Positions 10,459-23,000 of a stretch of 29,714 nucleotides of DNA are shown piece by piece. The notes under the pieces were generated by a model. That model worked only from the letters and a program-made list of their open reading frames with translations. It had not been told where the DNA came from and did not search any database. A program made the position numbers and the translations under genes. Positions within the stretch are counted from its first letter, which is position 1. The number at the start of each line of letters is the position of its first letter. Source of the DNA: Catajapyx aquilonaris (Eukaryota); assembly GCA_000934665.2 (NCBI GenBank), contig KZ538256.1, forward strand, positions 62,001 through 91,714, in the 5' to 3' direction.

Positions 10459-10763
10459 AATTTTTGAAGGCTAGTGGCACTTATTTCAAATCTCGATTTA
10501 ATTATGTTCAATGTAAAAAATTATGGATATAATTGCCATCTTCGCATTTCGTCGTCAACAAAAAAATACTTTCTGATCCACAACGACGCCTCGCTGCAAT
10601 TCCAGAAGCGCATACAGCTCATCCTGTACAATCCACTTAAAATTTAACAACATCCCCCCAATACGAATCAGACCTAATCTCCGCCAAACTCCGCCAATAA
10701 AACGCCGTGCAAGCTCAACATTGAATCGAGAGAGAGAAAAAAACGCGCCTACATGCCCGATGT

Positions 10764-10781
10764 CACACACACACACACACA
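10764..10781. repeat. (CA)9 microsatellite
   Basis: Seen directly. Confidence 0.9.
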
Positions 10782-11881
10782 AACATAATTTGCCCTCCCG
10801 CAATAGTAGATTTGCAAAAATGATTTTTTAATGCCGCTCGATCCAATTCCTCTCCCGTTCAGCCCTTCACAGAATAATCTCGCGAAAATAAAAAATTTCG
10901 CACGCTGAATCCCCTCCATCCCCACCCCTCACCCAAGTTGGTTGGCGAAATTTCCATCGCTCTGCCATCGTGCGGCTCTTGGCGGAACACCAACTCTCCT
11001 GTTGCTGTGAAACCACTGCCTCAGCCATCTGCTGACTTTGCCACAAGTTGGCAGCTTCCACATTCCATTACCCTTTTTGGCGCGATTTCTAATTGATTTT
11101 CCCATTCAGGCCCTCCGGCTAGCAATCTACTTATTTTGGGGTACGTTCATTAAACTGGACTGCATGAGATGCCAGTTATCGGCATTAGCTGGGTGACACT
11201 TCTAGATCTTCCAAAATGTCGTTTTGAAATAGACACAAATTTTTGACACCTGGTACACAAAACATGTAAATTCAGCAAATTCTTCCTGACCTACTATTTG
11301 CTCCAAATATTCTAAACTTCCTTCAAATCGATATCAGCATAAAAAGAGGGGAGGGGGGGGGGCGTTTTGGCCGTAACGATGACAATAATTCTCTCCCCAA
11401 TTAAGCTAACTTGATCAGCAGTCTTTTTTTCCGCAGCCTCGAAAGGCTTCCAAGCGCCAAAGTTTCCTTGGCAACTTCCCCGCCGCAAAACAAAAACCCC
11501 GAGACTTCGCACTTTTCCCTTGCATATCTCCCCAGATTCTTGTCAGTAATTGAAATTCCTCTCGTCAAAACTAACCGCACACTTAACACCATCCGCCATG
11601 CTTGTAAATGCGCTGGAGAGACCATCAAATGGAGCGAATTCCGCAGATATCAAGATGACGAACGACGAACTCTAAATGCGTTCCTTAGTCTCACACGTTT
11701 TCGCCATTTGTGGACTAACAGACATCTTGTCTGGAATCATGCATGCCTCTGGCTATGAGGGCTTCCCGACACGATACTACTAATTGACTAAGTATTTCCG
11801 TCTGTTGTTTGTCCACTGCATCACCATCTGGCGTTAATGCCCGGAAATGTAGGGCGTTCAAAAAATCTACCCATCAACAAA

Positions 11882-11903
11882 AAAACTACCCATGGGTAGT
11901 TTT
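11882..11903. repeat. Perfect 22-bp palindrome
   Basis: AAAACTACCCA|TGGGTAGTTTT with no spacer. A further half-copy, AAAAATCTACCCAT, lies just upstream. Confidence 0.85.
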
Positions 11904-14900
11904 ATCTGCAAGAAGTTAAGCTGCCGAATAAGGGAGAGTCCAACACACCGATGCATCTTCCTAGTCGTGTCCCTCGCGAATTGTTGGCAAAATGGGGACG
12001 TCGTGATCCTCGCAGGGAGAAAAAAAGTAAAGGAGTGAGCAGGGAATTCCCTTGGAGAGAAATGGGGTAGCTTTTCGAGCCTTCAGAATTGAGGAAGGTG
12101 GGGGTACGGAAGGGGTAAGGCTATGACCGCCTCTAGGGATTTTTCTCCCCGACTGGAAAATCAAAGCATTCTGGCGAGTAGGCAAGACGGATGGATACAG
12201 TCCTCTTGGGAATGGCCAGGAGCTGAGTTGTCCATCAAATTATCAATTGCGCTCCTCGAGAATCTGATGCACAATACTGCAGTGCAGCACTGTAATCCGG
12301 GCAGGTACAATGGTGCAACGGAAGCATACCGAAAGGGCACTGCATAAGATGTGTTTTGACTCGCATCCAAATTTTCATTAGCCTGTAACTCAATATGATT
12401 TAGAAACAGCGTGGGTAGCTAATGGCTCGCGTAACGCCTGACCTAAAATCCAAGTACAACCCCCCTCCTAACTTTATAATTACATGGTGTGTTATGATGT
12501 AACTCAGTGCTCGTGAGCGCGGGTGAACTACAGTGTCGTAAGATACATGTCATGCATGGTTGAGCCCTTTTATCTTATAATCTAGCTCATTTTTTAACAG
12601 ACTTGCCAGCTAACATGTCAGATTAAACTGCACGTTAGAGACTGCGCAAAACCGGAGTTATGTCCCCCCGAAACTCTGCAGTCGGAATTACATTAGTTGA
12701 TGTCCACACCTACTTAAGCCACTTAGCAGAAGCTGACATCCAGCAGACGAAAATACCTCCAGAGGACCGCAGGGCTGGGTGGGAGGCGTCGTTTAACGGC
12801 CCGACAACTGGATAATAAAATGCCGTCCAGATGGAGAGCAGCCTGGGGTCATTCCCGCCTAAAATGTGTATAGTGTACGTGTCAGGTGAACCAGATGGGA
12901 CCGTTATTTCCCTGCATCCTTCTCCCTCGGTTACTGTTTTTATACTACGACCCCGAAAGGCACTGAACGGTCCAGAACTGCGGAACTGGAACGACAGACG
13001 CTTGGGTTCAGCCTGGACTACTGCTGCAATGGGATTCAGGCTGACCCACCCCTTTCCAAATTGTCCAGGGTGTAAATCGTACAGCTTGTCACACTTGGGC
13101 TACACAATGGTCCGGCTCATCGCCGTGGGACGCCCGCGTCCCTAGTGCTTCCCATGTACACCATTTTATTATCTGTTAACGTACCAAATGTGTTCATTTG
13201 ACTTCATTGCACTGTTGGCTACCGGGTAAGGTGGAATCCGGGTCCGAATGGCTTTTGGTTTAATAAGAGGTCGCAAAGGGTAAGTGCGAATCAATGCGGG
13301 ACAGTCACTTACTTAGTGGGGACATCGGTTCTGATGGACGGAAAATTGGGGACAGCATTTTGCATATGTAATGTAATCCGACTTAGCGTAGTACTGACGT
13401 CGCGAGCAATTACACTGTACATTGGTGACAGTCATTGTTGTAAACTACATAGCTAAACTTTTGTCTGTTCTCGATGCGAATCAATTTTGACCCCTCTAAA
13501 AATTGATAACTTTTGTTGAGGAAGGTCATGGTCGCATCCGAGGGCATCTGAGGTGACAACCAAGTGGTCACTGAGTGCTTTAGTATCCGGGCAACCTTCC
13601 TGGCAGTACATTACATATGCAGGCACATACTGTATGCGAGAAAACAAAATAATGCTGAAAAAACACTGCTTTACAGTAAATGTACAGAACATTGTTGCAC
13701 TGTTTGTCAATTATACATATACCGTATTCAAAGTATGTTTACGTAGCGTACCCAACCGTACACTCTGCATGTTATGGCCCTAAGCCACAACCTGTAATGA
13801 TGAAATCATCCTCAGCGAAAAAATGGTACGGCATTGTTTCAAATTCAAAACACGTAACGCACAAGAAATCTGAAAGAATACAGGGCCCGGCTACAAACAA
13901 AGACCAAAAATTACGAGCAACTTCCCGGAGCAGTATATACATTAAACATTGATCATCACAAAATTGTGGTTTGAAGGCCCAGCAACAAATCCGCATTTTT
14001 TCCCCCAGGAACATGCATTTTGTCTATTAATCCCCTTTACAGGCTTACAGATTTATTTTCCAATCTGGCGTTCCTTATTGTTACATAATTTCCAGCCAGC
14101 ACTGGTTTCAATCGTACTTAGGCTTACGCTTACGTGTTAAAACAGGGCCGCATCCAGCCAAGCAAGGCTGATTTTCCTAAAAGCTCAAGATTACATTTGC
14201 GAGGGGCGGAACTGGGTGGGAGGGAGGGGATGGCGGGGACGAAGGGAATAAAAATCCCCTTTCCCAGCTACCAGCTTGCAACAACTGGAGCCTTTTACCT
14301 GCTCTCTGCCTAAAAGGATTTTGAGCTACCCTCCTAATGATTTATAAATAGTTTCAATGTGGTCCTGGAAGCGCATCTGCGGTAACTTCATTTCGGTTCC
14401 CCTTTAAAAAAAATCTCCTACCCATCCCCATGTTTATTCCTCCTGCATCTGCAACAAGGAGACGGCTGTTATGACAAACTTATTGTGTGGTCAGCCCCCC
14501 CCCCCCNCCCCATCGATTCCCACCACTGCTGCATTTCAATTTGAAATATTCAACAGTCAGCCACTCTCGCACACACAGGCCTCCCATACTTAGCATCTGA
14601 ATGCTCAAAGTTGTACACAACACTTTGGGAATTTAAGCGATTGTACATCCAGAATACCATAGGGCTCCAAACTATTGTGCTGCCGGTGACAAAATATGTG
14701 TCCAGCATATTTATCGCTTGCCAACTAGCAGCTCCTCAGGAGCCATTTGGAGTCAAATATTTTCCAGTCTCTTTGCACGTATGACTGATCCTACAGCACG
14801 CTATAAACCCGGTGCCAAATGATGTGTGCGTACAGTACACACAGGAGACTCATTTTCGGAGGGTGCCTTGGAGCTGTCGGCTGATCAGGCCGCAAGGTTC

Positions 14901-17900
14901 TTTCCGGGTTGGGCGTCTCTAATATAGGCTTCTGTGCGTCCCCCAGCTTCACCTTCATTTACATGTAATTGCACACTTTGACTAGGGGTCGCTACAACAC
15001 GGCGGCAACAAAGTGGCTCATCAAAGGCTGACACTGCCCGCACTCTACTTGACTAATAGATTCTTTTCTGTACCAACGCTTTTGAAGGGTGTCCCCTGAA
15101 ACACGAACCAGCAAAAAAAATATTAGTGCTAACCATTTAAAATATTGCATATAAAATAACCAGCCAATATCGGTTTTTGAACGTGAGTGTTCTCCTCCAG
15201 AAAAATTTAAATAGCAAATCTCCATCAGGTTCTTCGAGAGTAGCGAACCGCTACGAAACTTCTTTTTGGAAACAAGAGACCGTTTCCGGGCTTCGTTAAC
15301 GGGTCGTACATGACTGCATAGTGGACCGTGGAAAGCTGGCTCGAGGGAGAGGCATTGAGAGAGTGGAAGGGGGTTTCCTGATGGCCACAAGTTCAACGAC
15401 TCCGTCGAAAAGTTTCGTCGACCGGAGGAAAATGTGACTGCCGCAGCAAATCTAGGCAGCTCTCTAATTGGATTTTTCCCTTAGGCACCCCACCCTACAG
15501 AATCCTTCAGGAGACTTAGAAAGGCTGGACATGGCTCCTGCCAAAATTTATGATGGAAATTAACACCCACCCCCTTTGCAACTTCTAAAACCGGCTTTTA
15601 AATATGCTGTGTGGAAACCCAATCCTGACATATTCACATTCGGCCTCTAACTTTATAATCGAAACGGAGGCACCAGCAGGCTTTAGAAACCGATATAATT
15701 TCCGTTCGCTTGGTCACAACTGGAGCAACTTTAATCGAATATTGGGAGGGGCGGGCCTAGGCAGCGGGGGCCCGGATTCCTATCAGAATTACAATAATGC
15801 CGAGGAAGGTGCCGAATGAAACTAGTCTCCATTGTCTCGCATGGAGCTTAAGCCTCCTCCTCCTCAGTTCCTTCAACCCCTAACACCCGCCTCAATTTGA
15901 ACACCATCTCTAATCGGAAATTGAATCAAGCTGCGCCGCAGCCTCCTTTTCGGTACATTTCCGAGCCATTTCCAAAGAAGAGCCTCGTTTCCGATTTCAT
16001 TCTGTCATTCCTGGCGTCTTAAGCACACACCCGGTGGCTTAAGATCAGTCATCAAGTGTTTGCTATTATTGCAAAACAACGACATTAGCAATAATTTCAT
16101 ATGACAGTGATTGGCTGATGGCCGAGCACAAGAGGGGACTGTAAGTCACACTAAATAAATGAAATTGGGCCCAGAAACCTAATCGAAATTCTACAAAAAC
16201 TCGAAACCACTTTCAACCCACGCCGCATTGCACATGTCCATCTTTTCTTTCCGAAGCCTTAGGTCAATAGCACTGCAGGACTTGAACTGTATTGACTCAA
16301 AGCTTTCACTGCCTTCTGCAGTTTCCAGAAGCTAATTGAAGAGATAAGATCAACAAAGCTGCACGACTCCATTTTTGATTGCGCTTCCAACTCTCCAAAA
16401 AATTTAATGACTACTTTCAAAATATTTGCGAGCCGATTTCATATGACTTTTATTTTTTATTTAAAAAGACGTTGTTTATTGGATTTTAAAATGTAATGCG
16501 ATTGCCTCATAGTTCTAAGGTACTTTTTTTTTCTTTGCCTGCGGGTCATATAAATATTTCAACGTTGAATTCGTCGCATCCAAGAAACACGTTCCGCATC
16601 GGCAGACAACGCCGCACACTGTACTACGCCCAAGTTTGAGCCCTATATCCTGGCACCGCTGCTGTCATGTCATAAAAGGCCTAATGCTGAAGACAAAGCC
16701 ATCCCTTGGAGTACGAATATAAACGCCGTCACATCCAGCCAAAGCTAGAAACCCAATAAAACGATTCGTTTTATGGTCCGGTTTGCTTTATAGCTCAAAT
16801 GGTTCTGATACGTGGGTTGTTCAAATGAGTCTAGTGGGTTGGGGGAGGACCAAAACCGGGGGCGTGATACTATAGAGGAAATATCTAAATCATTTCCATA
16901 GTACCCTGCTGGTTTAGAAAATGACACCAATTTGGAAAATGCAGGCCATATTTTCAGCGCCAGACAAACTAGACAAGGCGTTTCCTAATCATGTCTTCTA
17001 CCCCCCAAACTTTCAATTTGGGAGTTGGAAAATCACCGGTAACCTGGTTCCACCTCTTTTAACTGAACGTTCACGCTCTCCACCTGATTCTCCAGCAGAC
17101 GTTCCAACGCCGTGCATAACAATGGTCGGGGAGGTGGGTTCCAATCGATCGGATATCAGAATTGACAAAGGGTGAGGGGAAATTGGGGGAGAGGTTGGAA
17201 AAAAGGGGGGCCTGAAAAAAAACACACACATAGTTACACCCTTGTTGGGCTTCTTCCAGAGTCGCATCACGACCCAATCGGTCGGCGCCCAATCTGAGCC
17301 CAGGTCTTATGCGGATTCGATGGGAGGAATATGAAAAGGTAGGAAGGAAAATGTATGTGGCCTGGCACATGTCTGAAGAAAAAAACAGATTCAGAGCTAT
17401 TCGGTGGTCCAGATTTGGAAAGTACCAGGTGTCTCCTAGAGTCTCTGCAGGGGGGCGTTTGAAAAACTGCAGCAAAATATATGTCCTGTTGAGGATGGAC
17501 GTAGACATACACACACAAAAAAGAGTGCTGTTTAATTTGAGAAGCACCCTGTGGTTTTTCTCTCTCTGTTGGGTCGTCCCAACTCAGCTCCTCAATCACC
17601 CCAATGGAGGCCCATCTATTCATGGCCTTTGACACACGTCCAAATGTTGGCTTTTGGGTGATTGATGACAAAATCCGGGAGGTAAACGTATACGGTAGGG
17701 AAGTGATTAGCCGACATTGTGCCTTGACCCTTCTCGACTAATAGTGCCAAGGTGAATCAATCTTTTTACAGACGTGAAACTATGTTCTTTTATTACTTCA
17801 CACTTGATCAGAACACCAATTGAGCAACGGTTTCCAGTACAGTTGTAACTTATAAAAGTCTTTAAATATTTAAAGCATTGCGGCCAGCAAAAAAGTCCCC

Positions 17901-19157
17901 TGACTCTACAATTAACACACAAATGTATACTGGCGGCCACTGCAAACAACCAAACTCATTTCGGTTTCTGTCCAAGCCCCGCCCCGCTCAATCAAATTAC
18001 ACACAGACATTAGCAGGCCACTATTGTCGTAATATTGACAAATTCCGGGCAATGAAAACCGGGCCAAGTTGTGCCCTACGGACAACTAAATGGTGGCAAA
18101 AAAAGGGCACAACTTCAATATATATATATTTTTTTTCAATTCATTCATTCCTTACATCACGACATTGTCCCAAAAACGGGGTAGCCAGCGACGACTATTC
18201 TATACTTTAAAAAAATTAATTGCGTGCTTCAGGTACGATATGCACGTTCTTACATGTAAACAGAAGCATAAATTTATTTTTTTAAGTACATATAAATTGC
18301 CCTAATTATTAGGCTTTTTAAGAGCACATTTGCTCAACAATTCGCTCTATATTAGCATAAGAATATTCGGATCTGTCATTACAAAATTAACAAATGGCAT
18401 TAGGATCTGTTTACAGATGATCAGTAATTTTTTACATGAAGCCTCCCTGCCATCGGCAATTGTGTCAGCCATTACCGCGCTGTAAACACCGCATCCTATC
18501 GGTCCAATAGCAGTTACTAGCACAGTTGAGCCACGCAATTTCCAGAGTGGGGCAATCGTCTGTGCACCAACACCGCCGCGTAAATTCGTTGCCTAATTAT
18601 AAGACATTCGCTGGCATCGATTTGCCCAGTTAATTCCCAGGTATACATGTCCGGTGGGTGGAAAAGCAACCGTCCCTATCCGCACGTCCCAATAATAATC
18701 GAGGCGTATAGTCGCAACACGCAGATCATCCCACAGGATTAACTTTTCAGTGTCAGCGCCATAAAGCACTCCGTCATCCCACAATCACGCGCGGGGACGT
18801 TCGGACTAAACGTTTCATTTCGCCCTGTGGCGCCAAATAACAAAGAGGTCCGGCCCACCTACAACCGCCTGATAGCACATATGCAACGTCATGACATGCG
18901 TGTGTGCTATCAGGCGGGCTCTCAATTCCCACACCGCATTTATGGGGTCTGGAAATCGCTATTTCATCTGGCCAGCCATCTGGTGGTCGCAATCTCAATG
19001 ACACTCCTGTCCTGTACTATTCTGCCAATATTGTAATATTTTTTAAAAATAAATATTTTACAGAGTGGACATTTCTATTTGCAACAAGTATCAACTAAAT
19101 TAACTTAATAAAATGTTTATTAATTTAATTTAATTGATACTTACAGCAAATAGAAAT

Positions 19158-19243
19158 GTCACTCACAGATTATATTTCCTCTCCCTACCACACCAAGATG
19201 GTGTGGTAGAGAGGGGCAGTATCATCTGTGAGTGAATAGTGAC
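19158..19243. repeat. Imperfect hairpin / MITE remnant
   Basis: TCACTCACAGAT...CTACCACACC, loop AAGAT, then GGTGTGGTAG...ATCTGTGAGTGA. Arms are about 36 bp, with perfect 12-bp outer and 10-bp inner stems. Confidence 0.7.
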
Positions 19244-21388
19244 AATATCCGACTCCATCTTGTCATAAACAACAAAAAGGGTGTCAGTAACATCCTTGAA
19301 CCCTTCATATTCGCCACCTTTTCCTTTATATCCCGCCATTCCCCAAGACGGACCTTTTTTTTTTCCAGAACCACCCACAGGAAATGCGTCACTAGATGTC
19401 TGCAGGCATCTTAGATTGCCCGGAGTTTCCGGAGAGTCCACTCTCTTTTACTTTCCATTTCCGCTCTCTTGCTACTGTAAGGCTTTACTGTAGAGGCAAA
19501 GGAAGGGATCCGTCCACGTGCTACCCGTGGAGGCATGTGATCAGCCGGACGTGCTCTGAAAAGCCAAGTCTAATTACGCTAAAAATGGCAGGGTATACTG
19601 GAAGAGTCAGCAAAATCTGAGTCGATCGAATTTGCATTCTGGAGATGACAGCGTCATGGGTCCTGCCGGCTGTGGGGAAGGCTGTTCAATTCGACGAATT
19701 AGGCTGTAGGAATTCAGTGGACGCCAGATGTTCTCCATGTGGATATTACATAGTCTAGACCATTTTTTTACACCGTTCTATAAGGAAATTGTTGAACACG
19801 CTGTGATAGAAACAGTATATACAAATCCCCATGTGGTCCTCGCCTGCAAAATTTGCATTATGAGCAATCTCATTTGTTCGATTCCAACTGTAAAAATATT
19901 AGCTCGCAGATGCAAATTAATCAAACAAGCCCGGATGCACGAATTGCCCATTAAAAATGTTCAACAACTCATTAGCATACAACCGTGAGACACCACCCTC
20001 AGTATGCAGCGAGAAATAACTTGACACAGCAAGACCTGGCAAGAATGATGAAGATGCCTCGTTACTCTTTCCGACCCAAACGATCCTCCATCTTTTCAAA
20101 TGCCTTTTTGATGGGCCGAGAATTGGATTGCACTTAGACACGCGGGCGCCGGCTCATCCGTTGCCCCCGTGCAGTCATTAGGCGGAAGGCAACAGCGCCC
20201 CCCTTTTCCTCTCCCATCCTACCAGATCAAGAGGCAGATGCGCTACTTGCAACTGCATTTTTATAGACGCCTACCATCAGGCACGGGCACGCCTAACGAT
20301 CTAATTACCTCGCTTCAAAGAAAACGGTACTGAGTGTCTTACAGCTTCATTAGCTTCCAGTGGGATCCAACGGATGAATAACAATTTCGGACACCCAACT
20401 TACATTAGTTCCATCGGGTCCCGAGCGGGTCTGTAACGCTCGAGTTTGCCTGCATGACCCCTGATCCGATTTTAAAGATGTATCCACGTCAAAAATATAT
20501 CAATAAAATTCGGGTGGTAAGAGACTGAACCTTCTGAAGACTACCCTCTAGTGACCCTCCAGACACCTAATCATCGCTGTATATGCTCCGTATCGAACTT
20601 TATTAAAAACCCGACCGCCCAGCTGTCTCCCCGACTGGCTACAAAAAAAAATACCGATAACTCACCAAAAAACGGTCCAGATCCTATACGCGATAGACCA
20701 TCTCAAAACAACAGGGAGGCCGGTCCTATCCGAGTTTTTGGCACCGGGCCAAGATGGGCAAAGGCGGGTTCATGACCCGGCCTTTTGACTAATTGTCCCC
20801 AGACAATACCTCCGTGATTACTTCCCGGTCGCGAGGGACCCCACCGAAAATTCCGGATGAGCTTTGCGGACACAAACTACCACCTGCGCTGACCATCATT
20901 GACTCCCAATTGCCTCCTTTTATTCTCACAGTTCGTTCCGGATGCGCTTGTCTCAGCCATAAAATGTCAGCAAATTGCACGCACAAACCCATAACTCCTT
21001 GTCTTCTTCTTGGGAGTCCCCCCTCTTCAAATATGGCTCTCTTGTGGATGCACGGCCATGTTGTGCAATATCCACTCCCGAGGTCAAAACCAGAGTGATA
21101 AATATCCAGCTCAATCCAGCGGATCCATCGGCAACAACAAAAGCGGAGGCCCCTCATTGAAACCCCCTCCTCCTCCTCCTACCAATATGGCAGTAATACG
21201 TCTCCTTTCCCACTTCAATCTCTCTCGCCTCACATCAGCCGATATACAATAAACTCTCCATTTTCCGGGGGCCTGGCTCGTGGCTTACGTGCGCTCCATT
21301 CCCCGGATGAAGTCGTCCGATGCTGAATGTAATCCGGACGCTGTTGCGCCTTCCGCTCAGTCATTCCGAATGGGTCTGGCGCAATCAT

Positions 21389-21539
21389 GCCGCCAGATGG
21401 TGCTGTAAAAAATTAACTCCCGCATGCGACGCAAACTGTGTAACGATCCATATTAAAGGGACACCGATCTGAAAATTAAGCTGGATTCCGACACACAAAA
21501 AAACACACATAGATGGCGCATCCCTCACTAGATGGCAGT
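21389..21539 (+). promoter_or_regulatory. Cluster of three co-oriented CTCF-like motifs
   Basis: GCCGCCAGATGGTGCTG (21389-21405), CATAGATGGCGC (21508-21519) and CACTAGATGGCAGT (21526-21539) resemble the CTCF core CCACYAGRKGGCRS. Confidence 0.4.
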
Positions 21540-22072
21540 GGTGTCTGCTGGTGTGAGTCAGTCGTGAAACGGACCACCTTTCTCATATTGGTCCAGCTCG
21601 ATATATCATCAAAACACGACCGGTTCTAAGTGTTTGCATACAATTAAATTACGCTAAAAGCCAGTATGGCGTGACAATTTGCTGCTCCAGCTTCCCCCAC
21701 AGCAACAATACCATACTTATATTAAGTGCATCAATATATCGCGGGCGGAAACTTCGGCGGAGAGTGCGTACCGGGGGTGTCATTGTACTTCCTCCAGTCC
21801 CCTTTTAAGATTACTTTTGCCACCAAATTTACGGCCGCCAGTTACTATTCACCGCGCGCAATTATTTTCCATTATCCGGGCCGGCCCTTTGCTTAAAAGC
21901 GGGTCCAAAACAAGGGCGCGTGTGAATTGTTGCTGTTCAGAAACAAACTCGGGGCTGTATATCACTGCATTCGACTAATATAGGGATCGCTGAACAAATC
22001 GCTCGATCGTGCCGCGTATTTAGAGCACTATTTTGCAGCCAGCTCATACAACGTAAATGAAAACCTGGCTTT

Positions 22073-22103
22073 CCCCCCNNNNNNNNCCCCCCCCCCCCCC
22101 CCC
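22073..22103. other. Poly-C tract with assembly gap (8 N)
   Basis: N run at 22079-22086 embedded in a C homopolymer. Confidence 0.95.
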
Positions 22104-22756
22104 TTTAGTAAGACAAAACTCCGTTTGAAAGACGACTCTCTTTGTTGTGCTCACCTGTCCCATCCACCCAATTTTCCCAACCTTCTGGTAATCTCCAATT
22201 GTCGCAGGGATTATTTGACGTTTGACGTGTCAGAATCGATTGTTGCAGCCCCTAGCAACCTAAAGTTGGAAGCAAGGGCCACTTATACCGGACTTGGTGC
22301 ATAAGTTAAGCCGATAAACGACAGAGTCGCCGTGTCTTTCATTAGAGCTTCAAAGGCGGGTAGGAAGGGGTATGACGTCTGTCATTACACGGAGTTTCCG
22401 CAATGCTTTTGGAGCCAAGGATCGATAGGAAGTATGGGCAAGAGAGCAGTCGAGGTCGTGGAACTTGTGTGGGGCTAGATACTTGAAGAAGATGAAAAGA
22501 AAAAAAAAAAAATGGCATTCAGATGGAAATACCCTGCCGATGAGTTACCATGAAAAAATATATATCTATATGTAAGGATTTTTAGACATGGAGAAGACGA
22601 GGTCCTTGATCGAAAACGTTTCATGCTAAAAAGAGGGCTCAAGAACCCTGCTAGATTTCCCCAGATGAAATTCGATCCAAATCCACTTCCAATTTCCTCT
22701 CTCCTGTCGTACTGGTATGGGATGGGCTCTATTATTGTGACCGTTTTTCGCTTAGC

Positions 22757-23000
22757 CTAAGCCCACACGGGCCGAACATCACTTAGGAGCTTTTTGACAT
22801 ACCTTCTGGTATCTCACTCGGCCGATTCCGGGCCGACCGCGGTTTCCAAGACCGAAGGCCAAACCCGAGCCGAACCCGAGTCGGGGTAGCAGGCGGTTCT
22901 TCAAGAAGGCTGGGTACACTCGGGTCACGGTGGGCAGTCGAGGTCGACGCAGCCAATGCCGCATTCTCTCGGGTCAGGCTTATGACCTGTGGGTCGTGCC
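22757..23000. mobile_element. Possible decayed DNA-transposon remnant
   Basis: GC-rich island with reiterated CCGA/ACCCGAG words in the left half and TCGGG/CTCGGGTC words in the right half, resembling subterminal repeats. Termini are not resolvable. Confidence 0.3.

Noticed and set aside
10590..10640. Peptide IVQDELYALLEL resembling the end of CASK L27N
   Set aside because: There is no splice donor after LLE and no upstream VLDSL-like helix; likely coincidence.
22390..22480. Polypyrimidine tract + AG followed by PHKFHDLD, resembling CASK SHKF
   Set aside because: Similarity is limited to three residues, the continuation is not CASK-like, and there is no good donor.
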